The position numbers were made by a program, and so were the translations under genes. A stretch of 64,000 nt of DNA from a virus: IMG/VR virus record IMGVR_UViG_3300042541_002760, one strand, 5' to 3'. Position 1 is the stretch's first letter. Each line of letters begins with the position of its first letter. This document shows, piece after piece, positions 1 through 10,013 of the stretch. The notes below the pieces were generated by a model. The model worked only from the letters and a program-made list of their open reading frames with translations. It did not search any database and was not told where the DNA came from.

Positions 1-2
1 AT

Positions 3-2312
3 CTAGAAATTGAAAAAGCAACAAAAGAACAAAATGCTGCAAGAGTAGAACTGTCCGAAGTTCGACAGGCTGCTATATTGGAAGGAAGTCAGCGGAAACA
101 AACTGAACGATCATTAGAATCTCTCAAGACCACAATCCTTAATACTGCTAGTAATATGGCAGATGTTCTTGGCCCTGAAATGGGCAAAATGTCTAAGGCA
201 TTCCAAGGAGTGTCTGATACCTTTACTGAAATACAGCAAAGTGCAAAAATCAGAGACAACGAAATTGGACTGCTAAGAACATTAGATGCCAAAAAACGAA
301 TAGTCGAAGATGCCAAATCGGGGATTATTCAAAGAGAAAAACTCAACGAAATTCTTGCAAAAAAGAATGCAGAAACAGAAGGAACAAAACTCTCAGATTC
401 ATTGAGTGCCACGGGCGGTATTGTGGGATTGAAAGACATCAAAAGCGAACTTGATGCTATTGTTTCGGCAGAAATGGCACTATATTCAATCAAGAATCCT
501 GAGGCAACTGCACAAGAGACAGAAGAATATCGTAAGCAATTTGCAATGAAAAGCAAAGAGACGATTCGTGAAAATCTGTTAATCAAGACAAAAAGAGAAC
601 TGACCTCAATCGAAGAAAAACAGATTCTCAAGAAGATGGCTGACAAAAATGTTTCGAGACAGATGGCAACGACCATGGTCGCGAGAGATCCTGAAATGAT
701 TAAGGAGCGTCAGGAGGCAAAGGAACGAGGCACTCAAGTTGTCGATGGACTGGATCGTATTGCGGATACTCAACTCGCCACACTGAATCACACAAAGGCA
801 GAAGATATTGCAGCGGCAGAACGAGATGCAGAAGCCAATACAGGAACTCCTAAGTGGGCATCGATGCTCACTGATAGCATTGCAAATCTAAAAGATCAAC
901 TTGGAGGTCTGTTTGATAAGGATAGTGGTATGTTCAAAAAAATCCTTCTTGTTTTGGTTGTGGGAATAGGTGCGGTAGTTGGTTATCTCTTTACCAAGAT
1001 TATGTTTATCATATCCCTGATAAAACTCATTCCTTTTGGAATTGGCAAGGCATTTGGTGTTGTATTTTCGGGAATTGGTTCGGGAATTATGCGAATGTTT
1101 TCGGGTATTGGGGAATTTCTTTCACCCCTCACAAAAGGATTTGCAGCACTCTCTAAGATTTTTCCAGCAACGGCAGGTTCTCTTGGGTTATTTGGAAAAG
1201 CATTCATGTTTGGATTCAAAATTCTTGGGAAGTTTTTCTTCTATGCTCAACTCGTTGTTGATGCACTCTATGGTGCATATAAAGGGTTTCAGGAACTTGG
1301 GAATATTAAAGGAGCAATTCTCGGAGCAGTGTCTCAAATTATCAGCGGACTGACTTTTGGACTGCTCGATTTCAAAGACATCTTTGACTTTTTAAATAAC
1401 ACAATCGGAGACACAATCGGAGGACTTATCGATGCGATATCTGAATATATCATGGGAGGATATAACCTACTGATCAAACCTTTCATTGATGCTTTTAGTA
1501 ATATTGTGGCGATATTCCAAGGCGGTGGTGGGATGTTCTCCAAAATCCTAAAATCAATATATGAAATGTTTTTTGCAATTGCAAAGTATCTGATCGGACA
1601 ATTGATAATGACATTTATTAGATTGCCCATACTGTTGCTTAAGGCAGCATTTTATGTAATCAAATTTTTCTATTACGATCTTCCCAAGATGCTTGTGGAT
1701 GCACTTACCTCAACCGTAACTTGGTTATGGAATTGGGTTACAAGTGGAGAATGGTTAGAAGATATTGCAAATTTTGGTGAGTGGCTTAATGACAAACTAG
1801 TCAGTTTTTTCACAGATATTATCAATTCGATTGCCGATGCGCTTGGTGAGATTCCTCTTGTTGGTGGTTCGATTAAGGCTGCATTGGGAGGTGGCACACC
1901 CGCAGCATCTCCTCTTGCAGTTGCAGCAGAAAAAACAAACAAGGTTATGGAAGACACAAACAGTGCAGTTTCTTCCATGGCACAAAGCAATACAAACATT
2001 GCAGCAAATACACAGAACACATACAACAGTTCATCTAGCACTCCCCTTGGAAAAGCAGGAGGTGGTGTTCAGTATGCTAATATGTCTTCACAATCATACA
2101 ATGCAAATGCAGTTAATGCCGCAACAACAAATGCATCCACTGCTCAATATAATGCAACCAAGCAAAACAACCCCACCAACATAAGTGCCCCCACCACAAA
2201 TGTTCTCGGTGGTGGGGGCGGGGGCGAATCTATTATGTTGTCTCCGACTTCAAATCGGAATACAGAGCCTACATTCCGTGCTCTGCTATTTCAAGAGTGT
2301 CCTTCACTCTAA
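3..2312 (+). CDS. Tape-measure/baseplate hub (gp29-like) protein, 5'-truncated by window edge
   Basis: Frame is open from position 3 (no stop before the TTG at 78). Coiled-coil N-part, long amphipathic/hydrophobic helical middle and low-complexity N/T/S-rich C-terminus; converges on gp32. Confidence 0.6.
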   Translation, partial: LEIEKATKEQNAARVELSEVRQAAILEGSQRKQTERSLESLKTTILNTASNMADVLGPEMGKMSKAFQGVSDTFTEIQQSAKIRDNEIGLLRTLDAKKRIVEDAKSGIIQREKLNEILAKKNAETEGTKLSDSLSATGGIVGLKDIKSELDAIVSAEMALYSIKNPEATAQETEEYRKQFAMKSKETIRENLLIKTKRELTSIEEKQILKKMADKNVSRQMATTMVARDPEMIKERQEAKERGTQVVDGLDRIADTQLATLNHTKAEDIAAAERDAEANTGTPKWASMLTDSIANLKDQLGGLFDKDSGMFKKILLVLVVGIGAVVGYLFTKIMFIISLIKLIPFGIGKAFGVVFSGIGSGIMRMFSGIGEFLSPLTKGFAALSKIFPATAGSLGLFGKAFMFGFKILGKFFFYAQLVVDALYGAYKGFQELGNIKGAILGAVSQIISGLTFGLLDFKDIFDFLNNTIGDTIGGLIDAISEYIMGGYNLLIKPFIDAFSNIVAIFQGGGGMFSKILKSIYEMFFAIAKYLIGQLIMTFIRLPILLLKAAFYVIKFFYYDLPKMLVDALTSTVTWLWNWVTSGEWLEDIANFGEWLNDKLVSFFTDIINSIADALGEIPLVGGSIKAALGGGTPAASPLAVAAEKTNKVMEDTNSAVSSMAQSNTNIAANTQNTYNSSSSTPLGKAGGGVQYANMSSQSYNANAVNAATTNASTAQYNATKQNNPTNISAPTTNVLGGGGGGESIMLSPTSNRNTEPTFRALLFQECPSL

Positions 2313-3245
2313 TCAGTCATCATCATCTGCTAACTTCTTGAAGTAGGCAAAGGCATCTTCGCCTTCATCTTCAGTCTTTGCTCCCTTTGCAGGAGCCTTC
2401 TTTGCCACCTTCTCTTCTCCAAAACTAGATGCTGCCATAGACTTCATCTTGCTACGAAAGTCCTCAGGCTGTGCTTCCTCTGCATTGACGGCAGAACCCT
2501 CTGCTGCGCCTCCCTTAAGAACCTGATCCATTCGACCCTTGAGTTCCTCATATGCCTTGAACTGATCAGGAGCAACAAAGGGCTGAAGAGGATACTGTGA
2601 CTTCCACAGAGCCTCAAGACGCTTGTCATCGCCATCAAACACTTCCGACTGTGGCTGAAACGCACTCTTGTCATAAGAGACATAACCCGATTCGAGATGT
2701 GCCTTCAACTTGAAATTTGCGCCCTGCCAAAAATCAAACGGATTGAACTTTGTCTCATCGGGAGATGCAGGGCTTGTTGCTTCCTGCAACTTATCAAAAA
2801 TCTTCTTGCCAAACTTATACAAGAAAACCTTTCCCTCATTCTCGCGATTAGATGGATCACTCACCACAAGGATATTGGCAATGTATGACAACTTGCGCTT
2901 ACGATCACGCGCAATTCCCTTGTTCGATTCAATGCCGCTGTTCCACAACTCTGTATTTCCTTCACACACAGGACACTTCTTTCCAACGGTGGTTGGGCAA
3001 TTCTCAATCATCCAACCGCCCTTGCCTTGGAATCCGTGGGAGAACAGTCGAACCCATGGAATGTCTTCTCCCTCTACAGGTGCAAGGAAGCGAATGACTG
3101 CATATCCGTTTCCGCTCTTGTCTCGCTCAAGAGTCCAAAAGCGATCATCCTCATAACTACCCTTGGTATTGACCTTTGTCATTTCCTTAGAGAGGCGATC
3201 AATCGCGGACTGAGCATTCTTCTTCATACTTGAAAAACCTGACAT
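2313..3245 (-). CDS. gp32: T4-like single-stranded DNA-binding protein gp32
   Basis: DDRFW..DKSGNGYAVIRFL, HGFQG.GGW.IENCPTT..CPVC, FLYKFGKKIFDK, GANFKLK, acidic tail; AAGGAG RBS. Confidence 0.97.
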   Translation of the reverse strand: MSGFSSMKKNAQSAIDRLSKEMTKVNTKGSYEDDRFWTLERDKSGNGYAVIRFLAPVEGEDIPWVRLFSHGFQGKGGWMIENCPTTVGKKCPVCEGNTELWNSGIESNKGIARDRKRKLSYIANILVVSDPSNRENEGKVFLYKFGKKIFDKLQEATSPASPDETKFNPFDFWQGANFKLKAHLESGYVSYDKSAFQPQSEVFDGDDKRLEALWKSQYPLQPFVAPDQFKAYEELKGRMDQVLKGGAAEGSAVNAEEAQPEDFRSKMKSMAASSFGEEKVAKKAPAKGAKTEDEGEDAFAYFKKLADDDD

Positions 3246-3291
3246 GTTTTGTATCTCCTTGTGTTTGTTGTATAGTAAAACGATTTAGTTT

Positions 3292-3320
3292 ATTGTATCA
3301 CAAAATAACCAATCAGTCAA
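3292..3320 (-). promoter_or_regulatory. sigma70-like promoter upstream of gp32
   Basis: TTGACT-17 nt-TACAAT with TG extension on the minus strand. Confidence 0.7.
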
Positions 3321-3549
3321 GGGGGAGTTTTGACTTTTTCCCGCCTTTTAGCATGTTTTTATTCTCAAACTCTGCTTTCAATTTTTCCCGAATTGGCTTA
3401 GTTACCAACTTTGCAACCGATTCAGGCTCAATTCCATGCTTTTCGCAAAGTTCAAGAATTGCATCGATGTATTGACCATCCTTGCGATCTCGACACAGTT
3501 CTTCGATCTCTTTGCTGAAAGTAGTTTCGATGTTAATTATTGATCCCAT
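3313..3549 (-). CDS. gp33: Late-transcription coactivator gp33
   Basis: FSKEIEEL..YIDAILELCEKHGIEPESVAKLVTKPIREKLKAE; adjacent to gp32. Confidence 0.92.
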   Translation of the reverse strand: MGSIINIETTFSKEIEELCRDRKDGQYIDAILELCEKHGIEPESVAKLVTKPIREKLKAEFENKNMLKGGKKSKLPLD

Positions 3550-3791
3550 TATGGCATACTTTCTTCGTTAACATCGTTTGTCATTTGAATTGGCATTTCG
3601 TCAATTGTATCAACCCATCGAGCAATACCTCGCTCAAATTCTTCGGTAGTCAGAAGAATTCCAATCTGTTCTCCCTTTTCCGTCATGAATCGAATGCAAT
3701 GAAATCGTTCCTTTTGTGGAGGAACGATGGGTTCGAGCCTACGAGACAATGTAAATCCAAACCAATTAAGTATTTTTTTGAGCCAATTCAT
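3549..3791 (-). CDS. Hypothetical protein (80 aa, start MNWLKK)
   Basis: ATG overlaps the end of the upstream exonuclease; stop abuts the gp33 start. Confidence 0.6.
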   Translation of the reverse strand: MNWLKKILNWFGFTLSRRLEPIVPPQKERFHCIRFMTEKGEQIGILLTTEEFERGIARWVDTIDEMPIQMTNDVNEESMP

Positions 3792-4449
3792 TAGCAATCT
3801 CCTGTACTTGCTTAAAGTTATATTTTTCCCAATACGAACGAATGACATTTGCCAAACCTTCGCGATAATCGTTTCGGTGTTCGACAAACTCTTGTGACGA
3901 GCCGTCATCCGATACAATCAAAACAACAAGGTCTGTAATTCGCTGCCCTGTCCGTTCTTCCCACATATACGAATATGCAGTCGCCTGATGAAAGTAATTT
4001 GTGATCCAAGACTTCTTCTTTTTCTTTGAAGAGGTCTTGAAATCGATGATTGCAGGATTTCCATTATACTCTCCGATGCAATCTGTTCTTCCCGCAAGCA
4101 TCAGATGATCAGACCATAAAGGTCGTTCGATTGCATAGATTTCTCCGATGTTTTTCATCATTGGCAGAAGTGCATCAAAACGCATTGAATCTTCTTCGCT
4201 TGTTGGGACAGTACCATCTGTGAGGTATTTCTCAGCAAGCAAGTGCATCTGATTTCCTCTTGCAATTGCCTTCTGAGAGGTCTCTAAATTCTTTGGATCT
4301 GTACGCCACTCTTTCCACTTCTCAGCATCTAGATGATTTACAACCGTGGTAACCGAAGGATACCACTTGTTCTTTGTTGGGGATTTATAGTATCGACCCA
4401 CACCATCTGCTTCGACTGACGGCAAGAATTCTTTATCTGAGTTGATCAT
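3766..4449 (-). CDS. PD-(D/E)XK (Cas4/RecB-like) exonuclease
   Basis: YPSVTTV, RG..MH, LAGRTDC, IIDFKTS, Q..AY motifs of the conserved T4-like exonuclease. Confidence 0.9.
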   Translation of the reverse strand: MINSDKEFLPSVEADGVGRYYKSPTKNKWYPSVTTVVNHLDAEKWKEWRTDPKNLETSQKAIARGNQMHLLAEKYLTDGTVPTSEEDSMRFDALLPMMKNIGEIYAIERPLWSDHLMLAGRTDCIGEYNGNPAIIDFKTSSKKKKKSWITNYFHQATAYSYMWEERTGQRITDLVVLIVSDDGSSQEFVEHRNDYREGLANVIRSYWEKYNFKQVQEIANELAQKNT

Positions 4450-4451
4450 AA

Positions 4452-4706
4452 TTAATAGTCTCTCATTCCATGTCTAGGATGTGCGGTTTTAATCTTTGAA
4501 ATTACTTCTTTGAATCCGCTATCGGGACGAACAATACCAAGACGAACAGGATCAATAACAGGCGGTGCAGTTGGAATATACTGTTCGACTTTCTTCTCCC
4601 CACACTTGGGGCACGGAGTCTTGCATGGCTTGTCGTTGTCTTTCATTCGGAGGAATTCCTCGAATGTGTGTTGGCAAGCAAGGCAGATATAATCATAATT
4701 AGGCAT
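4452..4706 (-). CDS. FmdB-family zinc-ribbon protein
   Basis: MPNYDYICLACQHTFE...CPKCG; ATAAATA late motif upstream (4718-4724). Confidence 0.88.
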   Translation of the reverse strand: MPNYDYICLACQHTFEEFLRMKDNDKPCKTPCPKCGEKKVEQYIPTAPPVIDPVRLGIVRPDSGFKEVISKIKTAHPRHGMRDY

Positions 4707-4720
4707 AATATGTACTGTAT

Positions 4721-5266
4721 TTATGTGGTATTAACAAACCAAGAAGGAGGGCTTGTTTTAGACCATTTGGCAAAACGCTTCTTGTCTCCGATATAGTAAT
4801 TGCGATATGCCGTGACTGCATCATCTGTTTTATAATGCTCAGGCATTGCTTGTGCAAACGGAGACAATTGTCCTTGCCTGATATTCGCAGGTAAGGTAGA
4901 AAGATAATCATTGACTAGCCCACACATTGAATGCTTCTTAGAATACCGATCTGTGTATTCTTTCAGAAGACCCGTTGTATGTTGCCATAGCCACATGTAA
5001 TTGTCACTGCCCTGCATTACCCATATTGTGCATGGGTGATTTACCATAGCAGGTAAGCACAATTTTGCATCTCTAACAGTACAGGGATGTACCCAATGTT
5101 TGAGTTTTCGATTGGACTTTGAAATCCTAATGGTGGCATTACCATCCAACACACGATGTGCCGTTGATAGCATCTGTGCACTTTCTACTATCATTTTTAC
5201 AACATGTTTGTCGCAAAGATCATGAGCGGCATCAAGTGGATTGGGTTGTACTGCAAAAATATTCAT
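4721..5266 (-). CDS. Pyrimidine-dimer DNA glycosylase (DenV-like family)
   Basis: MNIF....P..AA..LCDKHVVKMIVESAQML, NHPCTIW, FAQAMP, AYRNYY. Confidence 0.85.
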   Translation of the reverse strand: MNIFAVQPNPLDAAHDLCDKHVVKMIVESAQMLSTAHRVLDGNATIRISKSNRKLKHWVHPCTVRDAKLCLPAMVNHPCTIWVMQGSDNYMWLWQHTTGLLKEYTDRYSKKHSMCGLVNDYLSTLPANIRQGQLSPFAQAMPEHYKTDDAVTAYRNYYIGDKKRFAKWSKTSPPSWFVNTT

Positions 5267-5270
5267 AGGA

Positions 5271-5453
5271 TTAGTCCATAAAGGAACCATTGCGCCACAG
5301 GTGTCCCAATCGATGCATTAGAATATCCCATCCCAATCCAAGCCATGTGTCTGATTGATAACTGCCTTCAGGACACTGCATGGAGTATGTGATGGTAAGT
5401 ACAGTCTTAGCCTTCGGGGTACGCTTCTTTGGAGTTGTCTTGGTCTTAGTCAT
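5271..5453 (-). CDS. Hypothetical protein (60 aa)
   Basis: GGAGG RBS, start overlaps the upstream stop. Confidence 0.6.
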   Translation of the reverse strand: MTKTKTTPKKRTPKAKTVLTITYSMQCPEGSYQSDTWLGLGWDILMHRLGHLWRNGSFMD

Positions 5454-5658
5454 TGTTGGATCCTCCCATTGATTCGACATTTTTTTCCTTTACCCAAAAA
5501 GTTTCAGGCCCCCATTCAGGGCTGTGGGTGGTTACTAGGTACTGCTTTCCCCAATTTGGGTGAACTTCAACACGCCGAACGATTGCAATTTTTTGCTCTT
5601 CGCGCAGCCATACCTTGATTTGTGGAGTAGTTTTATACGCTGTTTCGTTAGTGTCCAT
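5446..5658 (-). CDS. Hypothetical protein (70 aa)
   Basis: First ORF after the promoter at 5695-5722; ATG at 5658. Confidence 0.6.
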   Translation of the reverse strand: MDTNETAYKTTPQIKVWLREEQKIAIVRRVEVHPNWGKQYLVTTHSPEWGPETFWVKEKNVESMGGSNND

Positions 5659-5694
5659 GAGATTAAACCTTGTAAAGAAGTTAAGATTAGTTAC

Positions 5695-5722
5695 AGTATA
5701 GCACAAATTAAATCGGTGTCAA
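5695..5722 (-). promoter_or_regulatory. sigma70-like promoter
   Basis: TTGACA-16 nt-TATACT with TGn extension. Confidence 0.7.
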
Positions 5723-5754
5723 GTGGCATGCTAAATATAGGCGAGGTACATATT

Positions 5755-6189
5755 ATGCCAACTACACTATCAATCCCTGAAGTCGTGAAGAAAATTTCGC
5801 AAACCGCACAGAGCAAAGAAGATGTCATTCGAATGCTCAGAGAAAACAACAGTCATGCATTTAAACTGTTGCTTCAGTATGCATTCATCGATACCTCTAA
5901 GTGGTATCGCCAAGATCTGCCGCCATACACCCCCGACAATGCACCCGAAGGACTTACTGTATCAAGTCTGTTCCAGGAAGTCAAAAGACTTTATATATTT
6001 AAAGAGTCATACAACCTTCCAAAAGAACGCAAAGACATTCTGATGATTCAACTGTTGGAAGCGATTCATCCTGATGAGGCATTGATGGTCAAAGAACTGT
6101 TCAGTGGAACTTTTTATGGATACGGGATCAACAAGCAACTCGTACTTGATGCATTTCCCGATATTGCTGCTACGGTAGTTTCTTCTTAA
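5755..6189 (+). CDS. Conserved T4-like hypothetical protein (144 aa, start MPTTL)
   Basis: CTAAATA at 5731-5737 and GAGG RBS upstream; LPPYTP and QLLEAIHPDEA motifs are typical of a common T4-like family. Confidence 0.75.
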   Translation: MPTTLSIPEVVKKISQTAQSKEDVIRMLRENNSHAFKLLLQYAFIDTSKWYRQDLPPYTPDNAPEGLTVSSLFQEVKRLYIFKESYNLPKERKDILMIQLLEAIHPDEALMVKELFSGTFYGYGINKQLVLDAFPDIAATVVSS

Positions 6190-6724
6190 ATATTGCCATT
6201 GCATACTTGGCAAGGTAGTAAGAATCTACAATATCAGAGACAGGACTTGAACACTCCTTGCTTTCCTTGTCCATTGTTTTCATCAGATCGATATTTGTAT
6301 CTTTGACAAATGACGAATGCATCATACATTTATCGGAATTCCCCTTACCTGTGGCAAACTTTTTTAGTGCAGCAGGTGCAATAGTATCAAATCGAATATT
6401 GTGTTTCCATAACTTATGCTTAAGCAATCCGCAGTTCTCGCCGATGTGAAAAACCTTTCCCTTGGCTCCCATGGCATAATCCTCTATGACGAGTATGTCG
6501 GGTTCAATCCCACATTTGGCGACAGCCCATTCGGCAATAAGATCAAAACGGTGCTCAGGACAGAGGTAGTCGGGATAGGGATCACCTGTCCAAGTCATGA
6601 AACCGCTGCTGTAAGTAACTTGATTGCGTTTGACCGAGGTCAGGAACCAACATTGGACTTTGTCCCCATCGATGAGAGTGACAGCAGGTGAGGTCATAGA
6701 GTAGTCGATTCCTAGTGCTTTCAC
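6170..6724 (-). CDS. RuvC-like Holliday-junction resolvase
   Basis: GTG start; GIDYSMTSP, IEDYA, LKKFATGKGNSDK, DIVDSY acidic RNase-H-fold motifs. Confidence 0.85.
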   Translation of the reverse strand: MKALGIDYSMTSPAVTLIDGDKVQCWFLTSVKRNQVTYSSGFMTWTGDPYPDYLCPEHRFDLIAEWAVAKCGIEPDILVIEDYAMGAKGKVFHIGENCGLLKHKLWKHNIRFDTIAPAALKKFATGKGNSDKCMMHSSFVKDTNIDLMKTMDKESKECSSPVSDIVDSYYLAKYAMAIFKKKLP

Positions 6725-6770
6725 AAAAGTATGTATTGTCTTTATCTGAATTTGAGGTAGAATATACAAC

Positions 6771-7208
6771 ATGAATATCGAACGAATTAAAGAACTAGTT
6801 GAAATTGATCTCAAAATCGATGGCACTGAATTGGGCGATGAATCAATTCGTATCCCACAACTACACAGCAAGTATCTTAACATCTACCACGATGAGTGTC
6901 TGATCCTTCGTAAATTGGATGTAGACTTCAAAATTCTCCGCAAGCAAAAATGGGAATACTACAACGGAAAGATGTCTCAACAAGAACTTGCCACACTTGG
7001 ATGGGAGCCTTTTGGTCATCGAATCTTGAAGCAGGATTTGGATATTTACTTAGAATCCGATACCGACATCATAAAGCACGAATCAAAGATAGACCTACAG
7101 AAAGCAAAGGTAGAGTACCTAGACTCTATTCTCAAAGGAATTAACAATCGGAATTGGGTAATTCGAAATGCAATTGAATGGAGAAAGTTTATGAGTGGGG
7201 TTATCTAA
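6771..7208 (+). CDS. uvsY: Recombination mediator UvsY
   Basis: DLKID..L..ES..IPQLHSKY, KWEYY.GK, I.NAIEWRKF; precedes uvsW. Confidence 0.93.
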   Translation: MNIERIKELVEIDLKIDGTELGDESIRIPQLHSKYLNIYHDECLILRKLDVDFKILRKQKWEYYNGKMSQQELATLGWEPFGHRILKQDLDIYLESDTDIIKHESKIDLQKAKVEYLDSILKGINNRNWVIRNAIEWRKFMSGVI

Positions 7209-7217
7209 ATATAATCA

Positions 7218-8759
7218 ATGCCTGTAATTGAAGTCCGTAGTATGAATACCGCCAACCTTCGAATTGTTACGGAGAATGGTATTGCATATGAATTACAGGA
7301 GTACTTTACATTCGATGTACCTGGAGCAAAGTACACACCCGCCTTCAAGAGGCGAGTATGGGACGGGAAAGTGCGACTGTTCAATGCATACTCGGGATTA
7401 ATGCCCGCAGGATTGATGGACTATCTTGCAACATTCTCCAAAGATCGTGGATACGAACTTCAAGTTGATTCTGCAATTGCACAACCTGAAATTAAATTCA
7501 ACTGCGATAAAGTTCGTGAGTTCATGAAATCCTTAAACCCTACGGCAAGAGGGTTACCACTAGATCCGCATGACCATCAAGTTGATGCAGTATGTCATGC
7601 ACTCAATCAGTCAAGATGTGTTCTGCTATCTCCAACGGCAAGCGGAAAGAGTCTTGCAGTCTATTCCCTGTGTAGATACTATCAAAGTGCAATTGCTCCC
7701 AATCGTAAAATCCTAATAGTGGTTCCTACCATTTCGCTTGTTGCTCAACTGTATGCAGATTTTAAAGATTATTCAGCACAAACCAAATGGAATGTTGAAA
7801 ACAATTGTCATCGAATTACTGCGGGTGAGGCAAAACTAACCGACAAGCAGATTGTAATCTCGACATGGCAAAGCATATACAAACTACCAAGAGCATGGTT
7901 TGATAACTTTGAAGTGGTTATTGGAGACGAAGCACATCTCTTCAAAGCACAGAGTTTGAACGGGATCATGAACAAACTAATTGACTGCCCTTATCGAATT
8001 GCACTTACAGGCACTCTTGATGGCAGTAAGATTCATAAATTGGCGATTGAGGGGTTATTCGGCCCTGTGTACCAAGTGACCACAACAAAAGAACTGATGG
8101 AGAAAAACCTCTTAACGAATTTAAGAATCGAATGCATCATGCTTCGATACCCTGCTGAAATTCGAAAGACAGTGTGTGGATTAGATTATCACGGAGAGAT
8201 TGAATGGCTGATCAACTGTGAGAAGCGAAACGAATTCATCACTTCACTTGCATCTGCAACCCGTGGTAATACTCTTGTCCTTTTCAATTATGTTGAGAAG
8301 CACGGAAAGCCACTATTCGAAAACATCAAAAAGTGTGCCACGAATGTAATAGAAAATCGCAAGGTGTTCTTTGTAGCAGGGGAAACTGAACTCGAACAGC
8401 GCGAAGGAATTCGAAACATTGTAGAGCAAGAGGAAAATGCAATCATTGTTGCTTCTTATGGAACATTTAGTACAGGAATCAATATTCGAAGTTTGAAAAA
8501 TATCATCTTTGCAAGCCCATCCAAGAGTCGAATTAGAGTTCTTCAGAGCATTGGTCGGCAATTAAGAAAGTGTGATGGGAAGCATATTGCCAAATTGTAT
8601 GACATTGCAGATGATCTTCACAGCGGAGAAACACTAAACTACACCCTTCAGCATTTTCTGAAACGAGTTAAGATTTATGAGTCGGAGCAGTTCAGATACA
8701 AGTTGATAAAGATGCCAATTGATTTGAAAATTCAAAGACCCAAAAAGGATCACACATGA
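7218..8759 (+). CDS. uvsW: UvsW SF2 RNA-DNA/DNA helicase
   Basis: WDGK.RLF, SPTASGKS, DEAH, LTGT, QSIGR motifs; CTAAATA at 7205-7211. Confidence 0.97.
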   Translation: MPVIEVRSMNTANLRIVTENGIAYELQEYFTFDVPGAKYTPAFKRRVWDGKVRLFNAYSGLMPAGLMDYLATFSKDRGYELQVDSAIAQPEIKFNCDKVREFMKSLNPTARGLPLDPHDHQVDAVCHALNQSRCVLLSPTASGKSLAVYSLCRYYQSAIAPNRKILIVVPTISLVAQLYADFKDYSAQTKWNVENNCHRITAGEAKLTDKQIVISTWQSIYKLPRAWFDNFEVVIGDEAHLFKAQSLNGIMNKLIDCPYRIALTGTLDGSKIHKLAIEGLFGPVYQVTTTKELMEKNLLTNLRIECIMLRYPAEIRKTVCGLDYHGEIEWLINCEKRNEFITSLASATRGNTLVLFNYVEKHGKPLFENIKKCATNVIENRKVFFVAGETELEQREGIRNIVEQEENAIIVASYGTFSTGINIRSLKNIIFASPSKSRIRVLQSIGRQLRKCDGKHIAKLYDIADDLHSGETLNYTLQHFLKRVKIYESEQFRYKLIKMPIDLKIQRPKKDHT

Positions 8760-9223
8760 CGCAAGTTTATCCAATACGATTGATTCGATTGATGACGGGT
8801 GAAATGCTAATGGCAGGGATATCGGATGGTGGTAAGTTGTCATATGTATTGGAGTGCCCAATGGTTTTGATTGCTGTCACATCATCAAGACAAAGAGAGA
8901 ATCAGATTCAAGAAGTAGCGGTTATGCTAAAAAATTGGATTGAATTTACTGCTGATGAGTACTATATCATCTCCAAAAAGGCAGTAATGTGCATCATGAA
9001 ACCAACAAGAGAAATTCTTGCAGACTACATTCAGGCAAAAATACATTCAGACATTATGGGCGATATGATCGATAGCGGATTGTCTGAAGGTAAATCTATC
9101 AATGACTTGAGTGATGAAGAAGACTCGCAGGATGAAAATTCTGAGGATGGGGATAGCGAACCATCATGGGATGATGAAGAGTATGACGAGTTTCCAGGTT
9201 GGGGTGGAGATCCACGGCTCTAG
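8756..9223 (+). CDS. Conserved hypothetical protein (Sm-like fold, acidic tail)
   Basis: IRLIRLMTGE N-terminal motif; ATGA overlap with uvsW. Confidence 0.65.
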   Translation: MTQVYPIRLIRLMTGEMLMAGISDGGKLSYVLECPMVLIAVTSSRQRENQIQEVAVMLKNWIEFTADEYYIISKKAVMCIMKPTREILADYIQAKIHSDIMGDMIDSGLSEGKSINDLSDEEDSQDENSEDGDSEPSWDDEEYDEFPGWGGDPRL

Positions 9224-9303
9224 GTACTTAAGTACTTACTATACTCAGTACTTACTATATTACTCAAAGGAGTACATTAAGTACTAGTAACTTAAGTAAC
9301 TTA
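9224..9303. repeat. AT-rich cluster of short direct and palindromic repeats (candidate replication origin)
   Basis: GTACTTAAGTAC palindrome (9224-9235), AGTACTTACTATA x2 (9231, 9247), AGTAACTTA x2 (9286, 9295) in a non-coding gap. Confidence 0.6.
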
Positions 9304-9446
9304 ATCCACCCCTTGAACTCAAGTGTATCTAGTATCGGAAATCGGTAAATTGTCTTTGATTTGAAAATTTGCTAAAAGAATTTTACAGAAGACACTTTAC
9401 ATTAGTGTAAATTGTGATATAGTCACTCATAACAAACGGAGAATAG

Positions 9447-10013
9447 ATGTCAAAAAAGCGTGAAGGTAACCATTATATTGACAATGAACGATTCTTAAAT
9501 GAACTCGTTACACACAAGGACATTGTCATTAAAGCAAAAAAAGAAGGCATCAAACCTCCTGGAGTGAACAACTACATTGGACAATGTTTCTTAGACATTG
9601 CAAACAATCTATCTAAGAAACCCAATTTTGCAAATTACACATACAAGGACGAAATGGTATCAGATTCAGTTGAAAACTGCATCATGTATGCTACTAACTT
9701 TGACCCATTGAAATCAAGAAATCCTTTTGCCTTCTTCACTCAGATAATCTACTATGCGTTCCTTCGAAGAATTCAGAAAGAAAAGAAGCAACTGTATATC
9801 AAGATGAGATGCTTTGAGGAAAATGATCCCACAGGAAGATTTCGTAATTGGATGGAGAAAGAGCACTCCAAGTATGAAGATACAGGACTAAGTCCGTTTG
9901 CAGATTTCATCCCAAGCGAAACACAAACAACAGAATCTCTTAAACCGAAAAAGAAAAAGCGAGTTCGTAAAGGTGAAATTGAACCACCTACATTGGATTT
10001 AGAAGATAAATGA
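9447..10013 (+). CDS. gp55: Late sigma factor gp55
   Basis: HYIDN, YIGQCFLDIA..LS.KPNF.NYTY, NPFAFFTQI.YYAFLRRIQKEKKQ. Confidence 0.96.
   Translation: MSKKREGNHYIDNERFLNELVTHKDIVIKAKKEGIKPPGVNNYIGQCFLDIANNLSKKPNFANYTYKDEMVSDSVENCIMYATNFDPLKSRNPFAFFTQIIYYAFLRRIQKEKKQLYIKMRCFEENDPTGRFRNWMEKEHSKYEDTGLSPFADFIPSETQTTESLKPKKKKRVRKGEIEPPTLDLEDK

Noticed and set aside
6725-6883. Long N-terminal extensions in the ORF track (also 5560, 47819, 63870)
   Set aside because: They overlap neighbouring genes or promoters; downstream starts fit family motifs and RBS positions better.
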